Below are positions 19,676-29,531 of a stretch of 64,000 nt of DNA, piece after piece (position 1 is the stretch's first letter; the number at the start of each line of letters is the position of its first letter). The stretch covers positions 32,001-96,000 of IMG/VR virus record IMGVR_UViG_3300020379_000218, one strand, 5' to 3'. Source of the stretch: a virus. Lineage: Duplodnaviria > Caudoviricetes. The notes beneath the pieces were generated by a model. It saw only the letters and a list, made by a program, of their open reading frames with translations. It was not told the origin of the DNA and did not search any database. The position numbers and the translations under genes were made by a program.

Positions 19676-20487
19676 TGTTCGGTACACATTTTTATAACGA
19701 AGGATTAAGAAAGTTAACTATTGCGTTTGGTCAAATCTTTAATAAGATTGTAGTACAAACTAAAGACGCAAATGATAGTGTTGTAAAAAGATTTACGGTG
19801 CCTCTTGCATATGCACCAAAAGAAAAGTTTATTACAAGATTAACTCAACAACCAGATTTACAAGACCAACAATTTTCAACTATATTACCTCGTATGGGTT
19901 TTGAAATATCAGGTATACAATATGACCCTAGTAGAAAATTAAATAAACTACAAAAGACAAGAACACAAACAGATGAAGGTAATACATCTAATCAACAAAA
20001 CAAGATGAAGTTTAATTATACTCCTGTACCATATAATATAACTTACTCTTTGTTTATTTTTACTGCTACTGCTGAAAATGGTTTACAAATTTTAGAACAA
20101 ATAGTTCCGTACTTTCAACCTGATTATACGGTTACTATAAATATGATACCAGACTTAAATATCAAGCGTGATGTACCTATTGTTATAGGTGATATTAATT
20201 ACGAAGATAATTATGATGGTGACTTTAATACAAGAAGAGCAGTAATTTATACAATTAATTTTACTGCAAAAACTTATCTATATGGTCCGTCAACACATCA
20301 AGGTGTTGTAAGAAAAGTACAATCAGATTTAGGTTCGGATCCTGTAAATAAAGCAAGAGAAGAAAGAATTGTAATTACACCAAATCCATCTTCTGCAAAA
20401 CCAGGTGATGACTTTGGATTTACGACAACTATATCATTCTTTAATGATGGTAAGAAATATGACCCATCAACAGGAAGTGATACATAA
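19675..20487 (+). CDS. gp15: Tail sheath stabiliser/tail terminator gp15
   Basis: MFGTHFYN, VPLAYAPKEKF, LPRMGFE, QILEQIVPYFQP. Confidence 0.92.
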   Translation: MFGTHFYNEGLRKLTIAFGQIFNKIVVQTKDANDSVVKRFTVPLAYAPKEKFITRLTQQPDLQDQQFSTILPRMGFEISGIQYDPSRKLNKLQKTRTQTDEGNTSNQQNKMKFNYTPVPYNITYSLFIFTATAENGLQILEQIVPYFQPDYTVTINMIPDLNIKRDVPIVIGDINYEDNYDGDFNTRRAVIYTINFTAKTYLYGPSTHQGVVRKVQSDLGSDPVNKAREERIVITPNPSSAKPGDDFGFTTTISFFNDGKKYDPSTGSDT

Positions 20488-20499
20488 TGAGAGGCGAAA

Positions 20500-21132
20500 A
20501 TGAAACGAGAAGATGTATTAGTAATAGACAATGTTTTACCAGAAGTTGTAAATAATAGTTTCTGTCAAAACATTTATAGATTAGGTTATATTATATCAAT
20601 GGATATATTGCCTAGTCAAACAGACAATAAAGGTATTATGAAAGACGATAATACTTTTTCATCAATGCAAATGGTTCATAGAGTATACTTGCATAACGAA
20701 CCAGCAAATATGCCAAAAAATCCTGCAATGGAACCAGTAAAACATTCTTTATCTGAAATGGTTGGTAAAGCAGGTCTGTTAACTAAAGACTTTGATAAAG
20801 TAGAATTGTTAAGAGCAAAATTTAATTTAATGTTTCCACATCCTGACTTTAAAGATGGTCAGTATAATATGGCACATATTGATGATGAACAAGAAGAGCA
20901 TTTAGTTTGTATTTACTATCCTGAAGATACAGATGGTGATACAATATTGTTCAATGAGTTTTTTAATAAAGATAAGAAACCAGAAAAACTAACTATTCAT
21001 AAGAGGGTTACACCAAAAGCAAATCGTTGTGTAATATTTAATGGTTGGAGATTTCACGCAAGTAGTAATCCAGTTGCATATAATAAACGAATAGTTTTAA
21101 ATACAAATTTTAGGATAACAAACAATGGGTAA
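20500..21132 (+). CDS. 2OG-Fe(II) oxygenase-like protein
   Basis: HID...GDTILF...PKANRCVIFNGWRFHAS...R (HxD...H...R pattern). Confidence 0.75.
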   Translation: MKREDVLVIDNVLPEVVNNSFCQNIYRLGYIISMDILPSQTDNKGIMKDDNTFSSMQMVHRVYLHNEPANMPKNPAMEPVKHSLSEMVGKAGLLTKDFDKVELLRAKFNLMFPHPDFKDGQYNMAHIDDEQEEHLVCIYYPEDTDGDTILFNEFFNKDKKPEKLTIHKRVTPKANRCVIFNGWRFHASSNPVAYNKRIVLNTNFRITNNG

Positions 21133-21613
21133 ACTAGAAGACAAAGTAAATGATATTTTAGGTATCAAAGAAGAGAGTACTCCTGTATCAGATTTAATGA
21201 TACAAGAGAAACAAGTACCTGTGCCTAGAAATGAAGACCCAAAGAAAGACGATATAGATAACGATTACAAATATAGTAGAGAGAACTATTATAATTTAAT
21301 TGAAAGAGGACAAGACGCAATACAAGGCATTTTAGATGTTGCAAAAGAAGGGCAACACCCTAGAGCATACGAAGTCGCTGGTGCATTAATTAAAAATGTA
21401 GCCGACACCGTTGATAAATTACAAGACTTACAAAGTAAATTATCTAAACTAAAAGATGTACCAAATAAGACAACTAACAATATTAAAAATGCTTTGTTTG
21501 TAGGTTCTACAGCAGAATTACAAAAACATTTAAAAGATAAAAAGTTTGACGAAAACAATAGAGATACTAAAGACGACCCTTTCAAAGGTACTACTATTGA
21601 AGGCAAAGATTAA
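21125..21613 (+). CDS. gp16: Terminase small subunit gp16
   Basis: DYKYSRENYY, HPRAYEVAG, NALFVGSTAELQK. Confidence 0.9.
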   Translation: MGKLEDKVNDILGIKEESTPVSDLMIQEKQVPVPRNEDPKKDDIDNDYKYSRENYYNLIERGQDAIQGILDVAKEGQHPRAYEVAGALIKNVADTVDKLQDLQSKLSKLKDVPNKTTNNIKNALFVGSTAELQKHLKDKKFDENNRDTKDDPFKGTTIEGKD

Positions 21614-21615
21614 TT

Positions 21616-23247
21616 ATGAGTACAGACGCATATTTAGGCAACCCTAATCTAAAGAAAGTAAACACACCACAAGAGTTTACTGCTGAAGAGATTAGCGAAT
21701 TTAAAAAATGTGAAAAGGATCCGTTATACTTTATGATGAAGTATGTACAGATTGTTTCACTTGACGAAGGTTTAGTGCCTTTTAATATGTACGACTTTCA
21801 AAAGAAGATTGTAGAAACTATACATAATAATAGATTTACAATTTGCAAACTACCTAGACAATCAGGTAAATCAACAACAACGATTTCGTATCTATTACAT
21901 TATGCGTTATTTAATCCTAATTGTAATATTGCAATTCTTGCCAACAAATCTTCAACTGCAAGAGATATATTAGGTAGACTACAACTTGCATATGAGAACT
22001 TACCAAAGTGGTTACAACAAGGCGTATTAAACTGGAACAAAGGTAATATAGAATTAGAGAATGGAAGTAAAGTAGTAGCAGCCGCAACATCTTCAAGTGC
22101 TGTCCGAGGAGGTTCATATAACATTATCTTCCTTGACGAGTTTGCTTTCGTACCTACAACTATTGCCGAACAATTTTTTAGTTCCGTTTATCCTACAATT
22201 ACTTCTGGTAAATCAACTAAAGTAATTATTGTATCAACTCCACACGGAATGAATCAATTCTATAAATTGTGGGTTGACGCTGAAAACGGACAAAACGATT
22301 ATGTACCGATTGAAGTACACTGGTCAGAAGTACCAGGTAGAGACGCAAAGTGGAAAGAAGAGACAATAAGAAACACTAGTGAAAGTCAATTTGCTAGTGA
22401 GTTTGAGTGTGAATTTTTAGGTAGTATTGATACACTAATCAGTCCTGCTAAAATCAAAGCGACACCGTATAAAACACCACTTAAAACAAATGGACGATTG
22501 AGTATCTTTGAAGAACCTGTAAAAGGCCATACTTACTTATGTACGGTTGATGTTGCCAGAGGTACACTAAAAGATTTCTCAGCATTTATTATATTTGATG
22601 TAACCGAATTACCATATAGAGTTGTTGCAACATTTAGAGACAATGAGATTAAACCTATATTGTTTCCTGAAATGATTGCGAAAGTCTGTACACAATATAA
22701 CAAAGCACACATACTTGTTGAAGTTAACGATATTGGTGCTCAGATTTCAGATGGTTTACATTTTGAAATAGAGTATGACAATATATTAATGACTACACAA
22801 AAAGGTAGAGCAGGTCAAATACTAGGTGCTATGTTTAGTCAAAGAGGTTCACAATTAGGTGTTCGTATGACTAAACAAATTAAGAAGATGGGAACTGCAA
22901 ACATTAAAGCGATTATTGAGAGTGATAAACTCGTTATCAATGACTTTAATATTGTAGGTGAAATGTCTACTTACACAAGAAAAAATCAATCTTGGCAAGC
23001 AGAAGAAGGCTGTAATGACGACTATATGACTTGTTTAGTTATATTAGGTTGGGTTGCAAACCAAAGATATTTCAAAGAAATGACTGATAGAAATATCAGA
23101 GCAGAAATGTACAAAGAGCAAGAGAAGTTAATTGAGCAAGATATGGCACCATTTGGGTTCGTAGATGATGGTACTCCTGAAGAAGAAAAACCGTTTTCAG
23201 ACGAATATGGTCAGGTCTGGCATCCCGTGGTACGCAAAGGAAGTTAA
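21616..23247 (+). CDS. gp17: Terminase large subunit gp17
   Basis: YLGNPNLK, Walker A PRQSGKST, Walker B IIFLDEFAF, RNase H-like DVARG...NDD. Confidence 0.97.
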   Translation: MSTDAYLGNPNLKKVNTPQEFTAEEISEFKKCEKDPLYFMMKYVQIVSLDEGLVPFNMYDFQKKIVETIHNNRFTICKLPRQSGKSTTTISYLLHYALFNPNCNIAILANKSSTARDILGRLQLAYENLPKWLQQGVLNWNKGNIELENGSKVVAAATSSSAVRGGSYNIIFLDEFAFVPTTIAEQFFSSVYPTITSGKSTKVIIVSTPHGMNQFYKLWVDAENGQNDYVPIEVHWSEVPGRDAKWKEETIRNTSESQFASEFECEFLGSIDTLISPAKIKATPYKTPLKTNGRLSIFEEPVKGHTYLCTVDVARGTLKDFSAFIIFDVTELPYRVVATFRDNEIKPILFPEMIAKVCTQYNKAHILVEVNDIGAQISDGLHFEIEYDNILMTTQKGRAGQILGAMFSQRGSQLGVRMTKQIKKMGTANIKAIIESDKLVINDFNIVGEMSTYTRKNQSWQAEEGCNDDYMTCLVILGWVANQRYFKEMTDRNIRAEMYKEQEKLIEQDMAPFGFVDDGTPEEEKPFSDEYGQVWHPVVRKGS

Positions 23248-23383
23248 TGAAGATCCCCTATTTCATAAATATAAACGATTGAGAAATTTGAATATGGGCG
23301 TATGAATAATACGAATTTTGAACAAAGGTAAACATTATGTATTTTTATAAAAATACAAACAATAAAATAGAGGAGAAAACCTA

Positions 23384-25318
23384 ATGGCATTTCAAGTATC
23401 ACCAGGTGTTCTCGTACAAGAAAAGGATTTAACTAACATAATTCCTGCTGTTTCTACTAGTATCGGAGCATATGCTTTCAATTCTAGCAGAGGTCCAGTT
23501 GGAGAGGTAACGCTTATCTCTTCTGAACAAGAACTTGTTAGTATCTTTGGAAAACCAACTGCAAGCAACTTTGAAGAGTATTTTACTGCTTCATCTTTCC
23601 TTCAGTATTCCAATGCTCTGAAAGTTGTACGAACAGAAAACTCTGGAATTTTAAACGCTGTAACCAACGGTGGTTCAGCAGTATTGGTCAAAAATACTGA
23701 CCAGTATAACTCAACATACTTAGCAGATGGTTCATACACTGGTTTATCCGGTAGAGAGTTTGTCGCTAGATTTGCAGGTGCATATGGAAACGGTTTAGAA
23801 GTTTCTGTTTGTCCTTCATTACAAGCCTATGAAGTAGCGGTGGTAACAACCGTTAATGATAGTGCTGTATCTATCGGCGATACAACTATAACAATGACAA
23901 GTGGAACTAACATTAATGTTGGTGACATTTTAAGCTTTTCAACAACAGCAGCAACTTCAGATTATGATGACGGAATAGAGTACGAGGTAACAGCCGTATC
24001 TACTAATGATGTTACCATAAAGAAAAAAGTTGGTACTGGAGGTTTAACTAGAGTTATCGTAGATGGCGCTAATGTTAGACGAAGATGGAAATATTACGAC
24101 CAAGTAAGTGGTGCACCTGGAACATCTCCAGATGTAGCAGCTGCTGGTGGTAGTGATGACGAATTGCACATTGTAGTAGTAGATTCTGACGGAACAATTA
24201 GTGGAACTAAAGGTGAAGTTTTAGAAGTATACGAAAAAGTATCAAAAGCAAAAGACGCCAAAGACGCAGGTGGTTCAAATAATTTCTATCCAGAAGTTAT
24301 TTACAGAAAATCATCTTTCATCTATTGGGGTGACCATAACACAAACGGAACTAATTGGGGTGACGCAAAAGCAAATAAAGCATTCACTGCTGTTTCTGGT
24401 CCTATCGCATTATCATTTACAGGTGGTGCTGACGGAACGGTAACTGACGGTGTAAGAAAAACTGCATTTGAATTATTCCAAGATTCAGAATCCGTTGATG
24501 TTGGTTTGATTATGGCAGGTAATGCTAGTGCAAACTTAATCGGTGATTTAATTACAATCGCTGAAACAAGAAAAGATTGTGTAGTATTTGCTAGTCCACA
24601 AAGAAGTGATGTAGTTAATATTGCTTCTGCGATTACTCAAACTAATAATGTGCTTGGATTCTTTAATGCAATCCAATCATCTAGTTATGTTATCTTTGAT
24701 AGTGGTTACAAATATATGTACGACAGATACAATGATGTCTACAGATATGTACCATTAAACGGTGATATGGCTGGCTTGGCTGCAAGAACTGATTTAACTA
24801 ATGACGCTTGGTTTAGTCCTGCTGGATTAAATAGAGGTATTATTAGAGGAGCAGTTAAACTTGCTTATAATCCTAATCAAACACAAAGAGACGAATTGTA
24901 CAGAGCGAGAGTAAACCCAGTTGTTTCTTTCCCTGGACAAGGAATTATCTTGTTTGGTGATAAGACAGGATTATCAACACCAAGTGCATTTGATAGAATC
25001 AATGTAAGAAGATTGTTTATCGTTTTAGAAAAGGCGATTGCTACAGCTTCTAAATTCCAACTCTTTGAATTCAATGATGAGTTTACAAGAGCGAACTTTA
25101 GAAACCTAGTAGAACCTTTTTTAAGAGAAGTACAAGGTAGACGAGGTATCACAGACTTTTTAGTAGTGTGTGATGAAACTAACAACACAGGCGAAGTAAT
25201 TGATAGAAACGAATTTATTGCTGAAATCTATATCAAACCAGCAAGAAGTATCAACTTTATCACATTATCTTTCGTTGCAACAAGAACTGGCGTGGCTTTT
25301 GAAGAAGTCGCAGGTTAA
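23384..25318 (+). CDS. gp18: Tail sheath protein gp18
   Basis: SPGVLVQEKDLT, WFSPAGLNRG, FDRINVRRLF, KPARSINFITL. Confidence 0.97.
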   Translation: MAFQVSPGVLVQEKDLTNIIPAVSTSIGAYAFNSSRGPVGEVTLISSEQELVSIFGKPTASNFEEYFTASSFLQYSNALKVVRTENSGILNAVTNGGSAVLVKNTDQYNSTYLADGSYTGLSGREFVARFAGAYGNGLEVSVCPSLQAYEVAVVTTVNDSAVSIGDTTITMTSGTNINVGDILSFSTTAATSDYDDGIEYEVTAVSTNDVTIKKKVGTGGLTRVIVDGANVRRRWKYYDQVSGAPGTSPDVAAAGGSDDELHIVVVDSDGTISGTKGEVLEVYEKVSKAKDAKDAGGSNNFYPEVIYRKSSFIYWGDHNTNGTNWGDAKANKAFTAVSGPIALSFTGGADGTVTDGVRKTAFELFQDSESVDVGLIMAGNASANLIGDLITIAETRKDCVVFASPQRSDVVNIASAITQTNNVLGFFNAIQSSSYVIFDSGYKYMYDRYNDVYRYVPLNGDMAGLAARTDLTNDAWFSPAGLNRGIIRGAVKLAYNPNQTQRDELYRARVNPVVSFPGQGIILFGDKTGLSTPSAFDRINVRRLFIVLEKAIATASKFQLFEFNDEFTRANFRNLVEPFLREVQGRRGITDFLVVCDETNNTGEVIDRNEFIAEIYIKPARSINFITLSFVATRTGVAFEEVAG

Positions 25319-25337
25319 GGAAGAGGAGAAATAAAAA

Positions 25338-25865
25338 ATGGCAAACATTAATGACTTCAAAACTAAACTTGCTGGCGGCGGCGCTAGAGCGAACCAATTT
25401 AAGGTTACTATGCCTTTTCCTGGTTATGCACAAGTTGGTGGAGAAACAGAAGAGTTAGCATTCTTATGTAATGCTACATCTATTCCTGCAATGAGTATTG
25501 GAACTACAACGGTTAACTTCCGTGGTAGACCAGTGTATCTAGCAGCTGATAGAAATTTTGAACCTTGGAATATTACGGTACTTAACGATACTAACTTCAA
25601 ATTAAGAGACGCTTTTGAAAGATGGCAAAATGGTATCAATAATATGTCTGATAACGAAGGATTAGTTAATCCAGTAGATTATCAAGTAGACGCATTTATT
25701 GACCACCTTGACAGAAATGGCTCTACTATTAAATCATACACATTAAGAGGTTGTTTTCCAACTTCTATCGGTGCTATTGATTTGAATATGGAACCAACAG
25801 AAGCAGTTGAAACTTTTGAAGTATCGTTTAGATACTTATTCTTTGAAGCAAGAACGACTACTTAA
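25338..25865 (+). CDS. gp19: Tail tube protein gp19
   Basis: GGGARANQFKV, FRGR, WNITVLNDTNF; follows gp18. Confidence 0.94.
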   Translation: MANINDFKTKLAGGGARANQFKVTMPFPGYAQVGGETEELAFLCNATSIPAMSIGTTTVNFRGRPVYLAADRNFEPWNITVLNDTNFKLRDAFERWQNGINNMSDNEGLVNPVDYQVDAFIDHLDRNGSTIKSYTLRGCFPTSIGAIDLNMEPTEAVETFEVSFRYLFFEARTTT

Positions 25866-25912
25866 TAGTTGAATAAATATATAATAAAAAGTAAAATTGT
25901 GAGGAAATTATA

Positions 25913-27436
25913 ATGGCGGAACTTTTCGGTTTTCAAATTACTAGAGTTAAAGATACTCCAGACCCGAAGCAAAGTTTTACTCAACCGAAGGCAGATGACG
26001 GTACACAAACCGTCGCTGCCGGCGGTTATTTCGGTCAGTACCTTGATATGGAAGGTAATGCGAAAACTGAGCAAGACTTAATCAGAAGGTATAGAGAGAT
26101 TTCAATCCATCCTGAATGTGATATGGCTGTTGAAGATATTGTCAACGAGGCTATTGTCGCAAACGAGATTGATAAAGATCCGGTGCGAGTAGATTTATCT
26201 GACACAGACTTTAGCGATAAAGTCAAGCGTAAGGTAGAAGACGAGTTTAAAGAAATACTAAGGTTAATGAATTTTAGTACTAAAGGACACGACATATTCA
26301 GAAGATGGTATGTTGATGGAAGAATTTACTATCATAAAATTATTGATAGAGAATCACCTGTAAAAGGTATAACAGAATTAAGATATATTGATCCTCGTAA
26401 AATTAAAAAAATACGAGAGATTAAAAAAGGTCGTCCAGTTGCTATGGCAAACATACAAGTGATACACGACTATAACGAATATTTTTTATATAATGAAAAA
26501 GGTGTTGCAGGACCTGGTATGGCTGCTGGTGGTATTAAGATTGCCACAGACGCTATCTCATTTTGTCCAAGTGGATTAGTAGACTTGAACAAAAATATGG
26601 TTATGGGTTATATGCACAAGGCAATTAAACCAGTTAATCAATTAAGAATGATTGAAGACGCTGTTGTTATTTACAGAATTGCAAGAGCACCTGAAAGAAG
26701 AATATTTAAAATTGATGTAGGTAATTTACCTAAAGTAAAAGCAGAGCAATATCTCCGTGATGTAATGGCAAGATACAGAAATAAACTTGTCTATGACGCA
26801 AGTACAGGAGAGATTAGAGACGACAGAAATTATATGTCTATGCTTGAAGACTTTTGGTTACCAAGTAGAGAAGGTGGTAGAGGTACAGATATTTCTACAT
26901 TACCTGGTGGACAAAATCTTGGTGAAGTAGCAGATATTGAATACTTCCAAAAGAAACTCTACAGAAGTTTAAATGTACCAGTAAGTAGATTAGAAGGAAG
27001 TCAAGGTTTCAATCTAGGTAGAACAACTGAAATCACAAGAGACGAACTTAAATTTACAAAATTTGTACATAGATTAAGAAAGAAGTTTACAGATTTATTT
27101 AATGACTTGCTAAGAACTCAATTAGTTTTAAAAGCAGTTATAAATGAAGAAGATTGGCAATCTATTGCTCAAAAAATCAAATATGATTTTATAGCAGATG
27201 GTCATTTCTCGGAACTAAAAGACGCTGAACTATTAAGAGAAAGAATAGCATTAGCGAATGATGTTAGAGATTATGTTGGTAAATATTTTAGTGTTAACTT
27301 TGTTAGACGAAATATTTTAAAACAATCTGAAAGAGAAATTGTTATGATTGACAATGAAATTAAGAAAGAAATTGATGATGGTATTATCGCAGCTCCACAA
27401 ACAAATGTCGGTGCTGATGATGACGGCATTATGTAA
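25913..27436 (+). CDS. gp20: Portal vertex protein gp20
   Basis: FRRWYVDGRI, IYRIARAPERRIF, EDFWLPSREGGRGTDISTLPGG. Confidence 0.97.
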   Translation: MAELFGFQITRVKDTPDPKQSFTQPKADDGTQTVAAGGYFGQYLDMEGNAKTEQDLIRRYREISIHPECDMAVEDIVNEAIVANEIDKDPVRVDLSDTDFSDKVKRKVEDEFKEILRLMNFSTKGHDIFRRWYVDGRIYYHKIIDRESPVKGITELRYIDPRKIKKIREIKKGRPVAMANIQVIHDYNEYFLYNEKGVAGPGMAAGGIKIATDAISFCPSGLVDLNKNMVMGYMHKAIKPVNQLRMIEDAVVIYRIARAPERRIFKIDVGNLPKVKAEQYLRDVMARYRNKLVYDASTGEIRDDRNYMSMLEDFWLPSREGGRGTDISTLPGGQNLGEVADIEYFQKKLYRSLNVPVSRLEGSQGFNLGRTTEITRDELKFTKFVHRLRKKFTDLFNDLLRTQLVLKAVINEEDWQSIAQKIKYDFIADGHFSELKDAELLRERIALANDVRDYVGKYFSVNFVRRNILKQSEREIVMIDNEIKKEIDDGIIAAPQTNVGADDDGIM

Positions 27437-27456
27437 TAGTATATAGGAGATAAAAA

Positions 27457-27792
27457 ATGGCAGACAATGATAAACCTAATTATGTAGATACTTTTGTATC
27501 GCAATTGCAAAAAGGTAATAACACGGAAGCAGGAGACGCTTTCAAAGACGCATTAAGAGATAAAGTTGGAGACGCATTAGACACAAGTAGAAAAGAATAT
27601 GCTTCTTCATTATTTCAAAGTGCAGCTGATGTTATGACTGGCACAACTACTCCAGTAGCAGATACGACAGACGCAGCTGCTGAGCATAGTGATAGTAAAC
27701 CTGAAGTTGCGGATGCTTTACCACAAAGTGCTACACAAGACGAAGTACAACAAGCATTTAATCAGGCAACACCTGATAACACAGGAGAGTAA
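27457..27792 (+). CDS. Hypothetical acidic protein, possible prohead core protein (gp67 position)
   Basis: GGAG SD; directly after gp20. Confidence 0.6.
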   Translation: MADNDKPNYVDTFVSQLQKGNNTEAGDAFKDALRDKVGDALDTSRKEYASSLFQSAADVMTGTTTPVADTTDAAAEHSDSKPEVADALPQSATQDEVQQAFNQATPDNTGE

Positions 27793-27794
27793 AA

Positions 27795-28031
27795 ATGGCA
27801 TTAACGGTATCAAGTATTGTAGGTAATACATCTGGATTCATTAAGAACGATAGATACAATTCTCTATCGCCTGCAATGAAAACAGCGGTAGAATCTTTAG
27901 TCGCAGGACTAGACGCAATAGACTGGTCGCAACCACAAGATTTAGTAAACATTATTGAAACTAAAATTAGTGAAGTTGCAGCTGGTGACAGCGATGTAGA
28001 AACTGCTTTGACAACTTATTTTTCGGAGTAA
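27795..28031 (+). CDS. Hypothetical head-module protein
   Basis: 78 aa with AGGAG SD. Confidence 0.6.
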   Translation: MALTVSSIVGNTSGFIKNDRYNSLSPAMKTAVESLVAGLDAIDWSQPQDLVNIIETKISEVAAGDSDVETALTTYFSE

Positions 28032-28034
28032 TTT

Positions 28035-28376
28035 ATGGCATTAAGTATCTCAACAAAAGTTGACGATACCACAAAGGCTATAATTAACGCTAGTGGTGCG
28101 GACAACGAAAGCGGAACTTTATATTCTGCTGGGCAAAATGTATCGCTGGCAAATGTATATTATGAAATTAGAGGAACAGGCACAGCGACTCTTAAACTCG
28201 GAGACCATTCTTTAAGTTTAACTGGGTTTGGTAATTGGGGTTTAAAAGAAGGCGAACCTCGTAAAGTAATTGAACAAGATTTAAACTCTTCAACTACTTT
28301 AGAAATTACTACAGACGCTAATGTGTCAAAATTTAATATGGCTGTAGAAGTACAGAAAGAGACGGAGACAAAATAA
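28035..28376 (+). CDS. Hypothetical virion protein, paralogue of the next ORF
   Basis: LANVYYEI...LSLTGFG resembles IAKVWYSI...LLLSGQG in 28378. Confidence 0.6.
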   Translation: MALSISTKVDDTTKAIINASGADNESGTLYSAGQNVSLANVYYEIRGTGTATLKLGDHSLSLTGFGNWGLKEGEPRKVIEQDLNSSTTLEITTDANVSKFNMAVEVQKETETK

Positions 28377-28377
28377 A

Positions 28378-28773
28378 ATGGCAGATTTGGTTACACAACA
28401 AATTATATCAGATACGGCAGGAGTTAAGTATGTTGTAAAACAAACTAACTATTCAGACGGCACAGGTGAAACAAACACCGTGATTGCTAATCCTACTACT
28501 TCTAATTTTATGACAGCAGATGGAACAAAAGAGATTGCAAAAGTGTGGTATTCTATTAATACTGCAAACCGAAAATCAGCAGTAGAGATTGCTTGGGGAG
28601 GCGCTACTGAAAATACAACTGCATTGTTATTGTCTGGACAAGGGTATTTAGACTTTAGAACTGCGGGAAATGATATTACTAATAATGCAACAAGTCCTAA
28701 TGGATTTGTCTATTTGACAACAAAAGACTTTGCTTTAAACGATAATTACACGATTGTTGTTGAATTTAGATAA
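28378..28773 (+). CDS. Hypothetical virion protein
   Basis: 131 aa beta-rich ORF with GGAG SD. Confidence 0.65.
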   Translation: MADLVTQQIISDTAGVKYVVKQTNYSDGTGETNTVIANPTTSNFMTADGTKEIAKVWYSINTANRKSAVEIAWGGATENTTALLLSGQGYLDFRTAGNDITNNATSPNGFVYLTTKDFALNDNYTIVVEFR

Positions 28774-28780
28774 AAAATAT

Positions 28781-28788
28781 TATAAATA
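28781..28788 (+). promoter_or_regulatory. T4-type late promoter (TATAAATA)
   Basis: Exact consensus upstream of gp21. Confidence 0.75.
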
Positions 28789-28813
28789 TTAGGAAAGAGA
28801 GAGATAAACAACT

Positions 28814-29461
28814 ATGAAACTTATTACAGAAACTCTGGAAAATGTAGAGTACATTACAGAAGAAACTAATGGCAAAACGAATTATAAGATTCGTGGTGTA
28901 TTTCTACAATCTGAAATCAAAAACAGAAATGGAAGAGTTTATCCTAAAGATACATTAACACAAGAAGTTAATAGATACAATAGAGAATTTGTGGAACAGA
29001 AAAGAGCGTTTGGTGAATTAGGACATCCTGATGGACCAACGGTCAACTTGGAGAGAGTTAGTCATATGATTACAAAACTCTATCCAGATGGCAACAACTT
29101 TATCGGTGAAGCAAAAGTAATGGACACACCCTACGGAAAGATTGTAAAAAATCTTATAGATGAAGGCGCTAAATTAGGCGTTTCTTCTCGTGGTATGGGT
29201 TCATTAGAGAGAAGTAGAAGTGGTGAAGCTAGGGTCGGAAACGACTTCTATCTTGCTACTGCTGCCGACATTGTGGCGGATCCAAGTGCTCCTGACGCTT
29301 TCGTAGAAGGAATTATGGAAGGTAAAGAGTGGATTTGGGACAATGGTGTTATTAAAGAAAAAGATATAGAAGAATATAAACAATACATTAAGGAAGCAAA
29401 AAGACTAAAAATCGCTGAAGCGAAAGCTGAGGTATTTAGTAAGTTCCTTAAAGGATTGTAA
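28814..29461 (+). CDS. gp21: Prohead protease gp21
   Basis: NRNGRVYP, GELGHP, GVSSRGMGS, DIVADPSAPDAFV. Confidence 0.96.
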   Translation: MKLITETLENVEYITEETNGKTNYKIRGVFLQSEIKNRNGRVYPKDTLTQEVNRYNREFVEQKRAFGELGHPDGPTVNLERVSHMITKLYPDGNNFIGEAKVMDTPYGKIVKNLIDEGAKLGVSSRGMGSLERSRSGEARVGNDFYLATAADIVADPSAPDAFVEGIMEGKEWIWDNGVIKEKDIEEYKQYIKEAKRLKIAEAKAEVFSKFLKGL

Positions 29462-29464
29462 TAT

Positions 29465-29472
29465 TATAAATA
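29465..29472 (+). promoter_or_regulatory. T4-type late promoter (TATAAATA)
   Basis: Exact consensus upstream of gp22. Confidence 0.75.
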
Positions 29473-29531
29473 TCTTATAACAAAACAAGAAAATAATTAT
29501 TTTTTTTAAAAGAAATAAGGAGAACTTCAAT

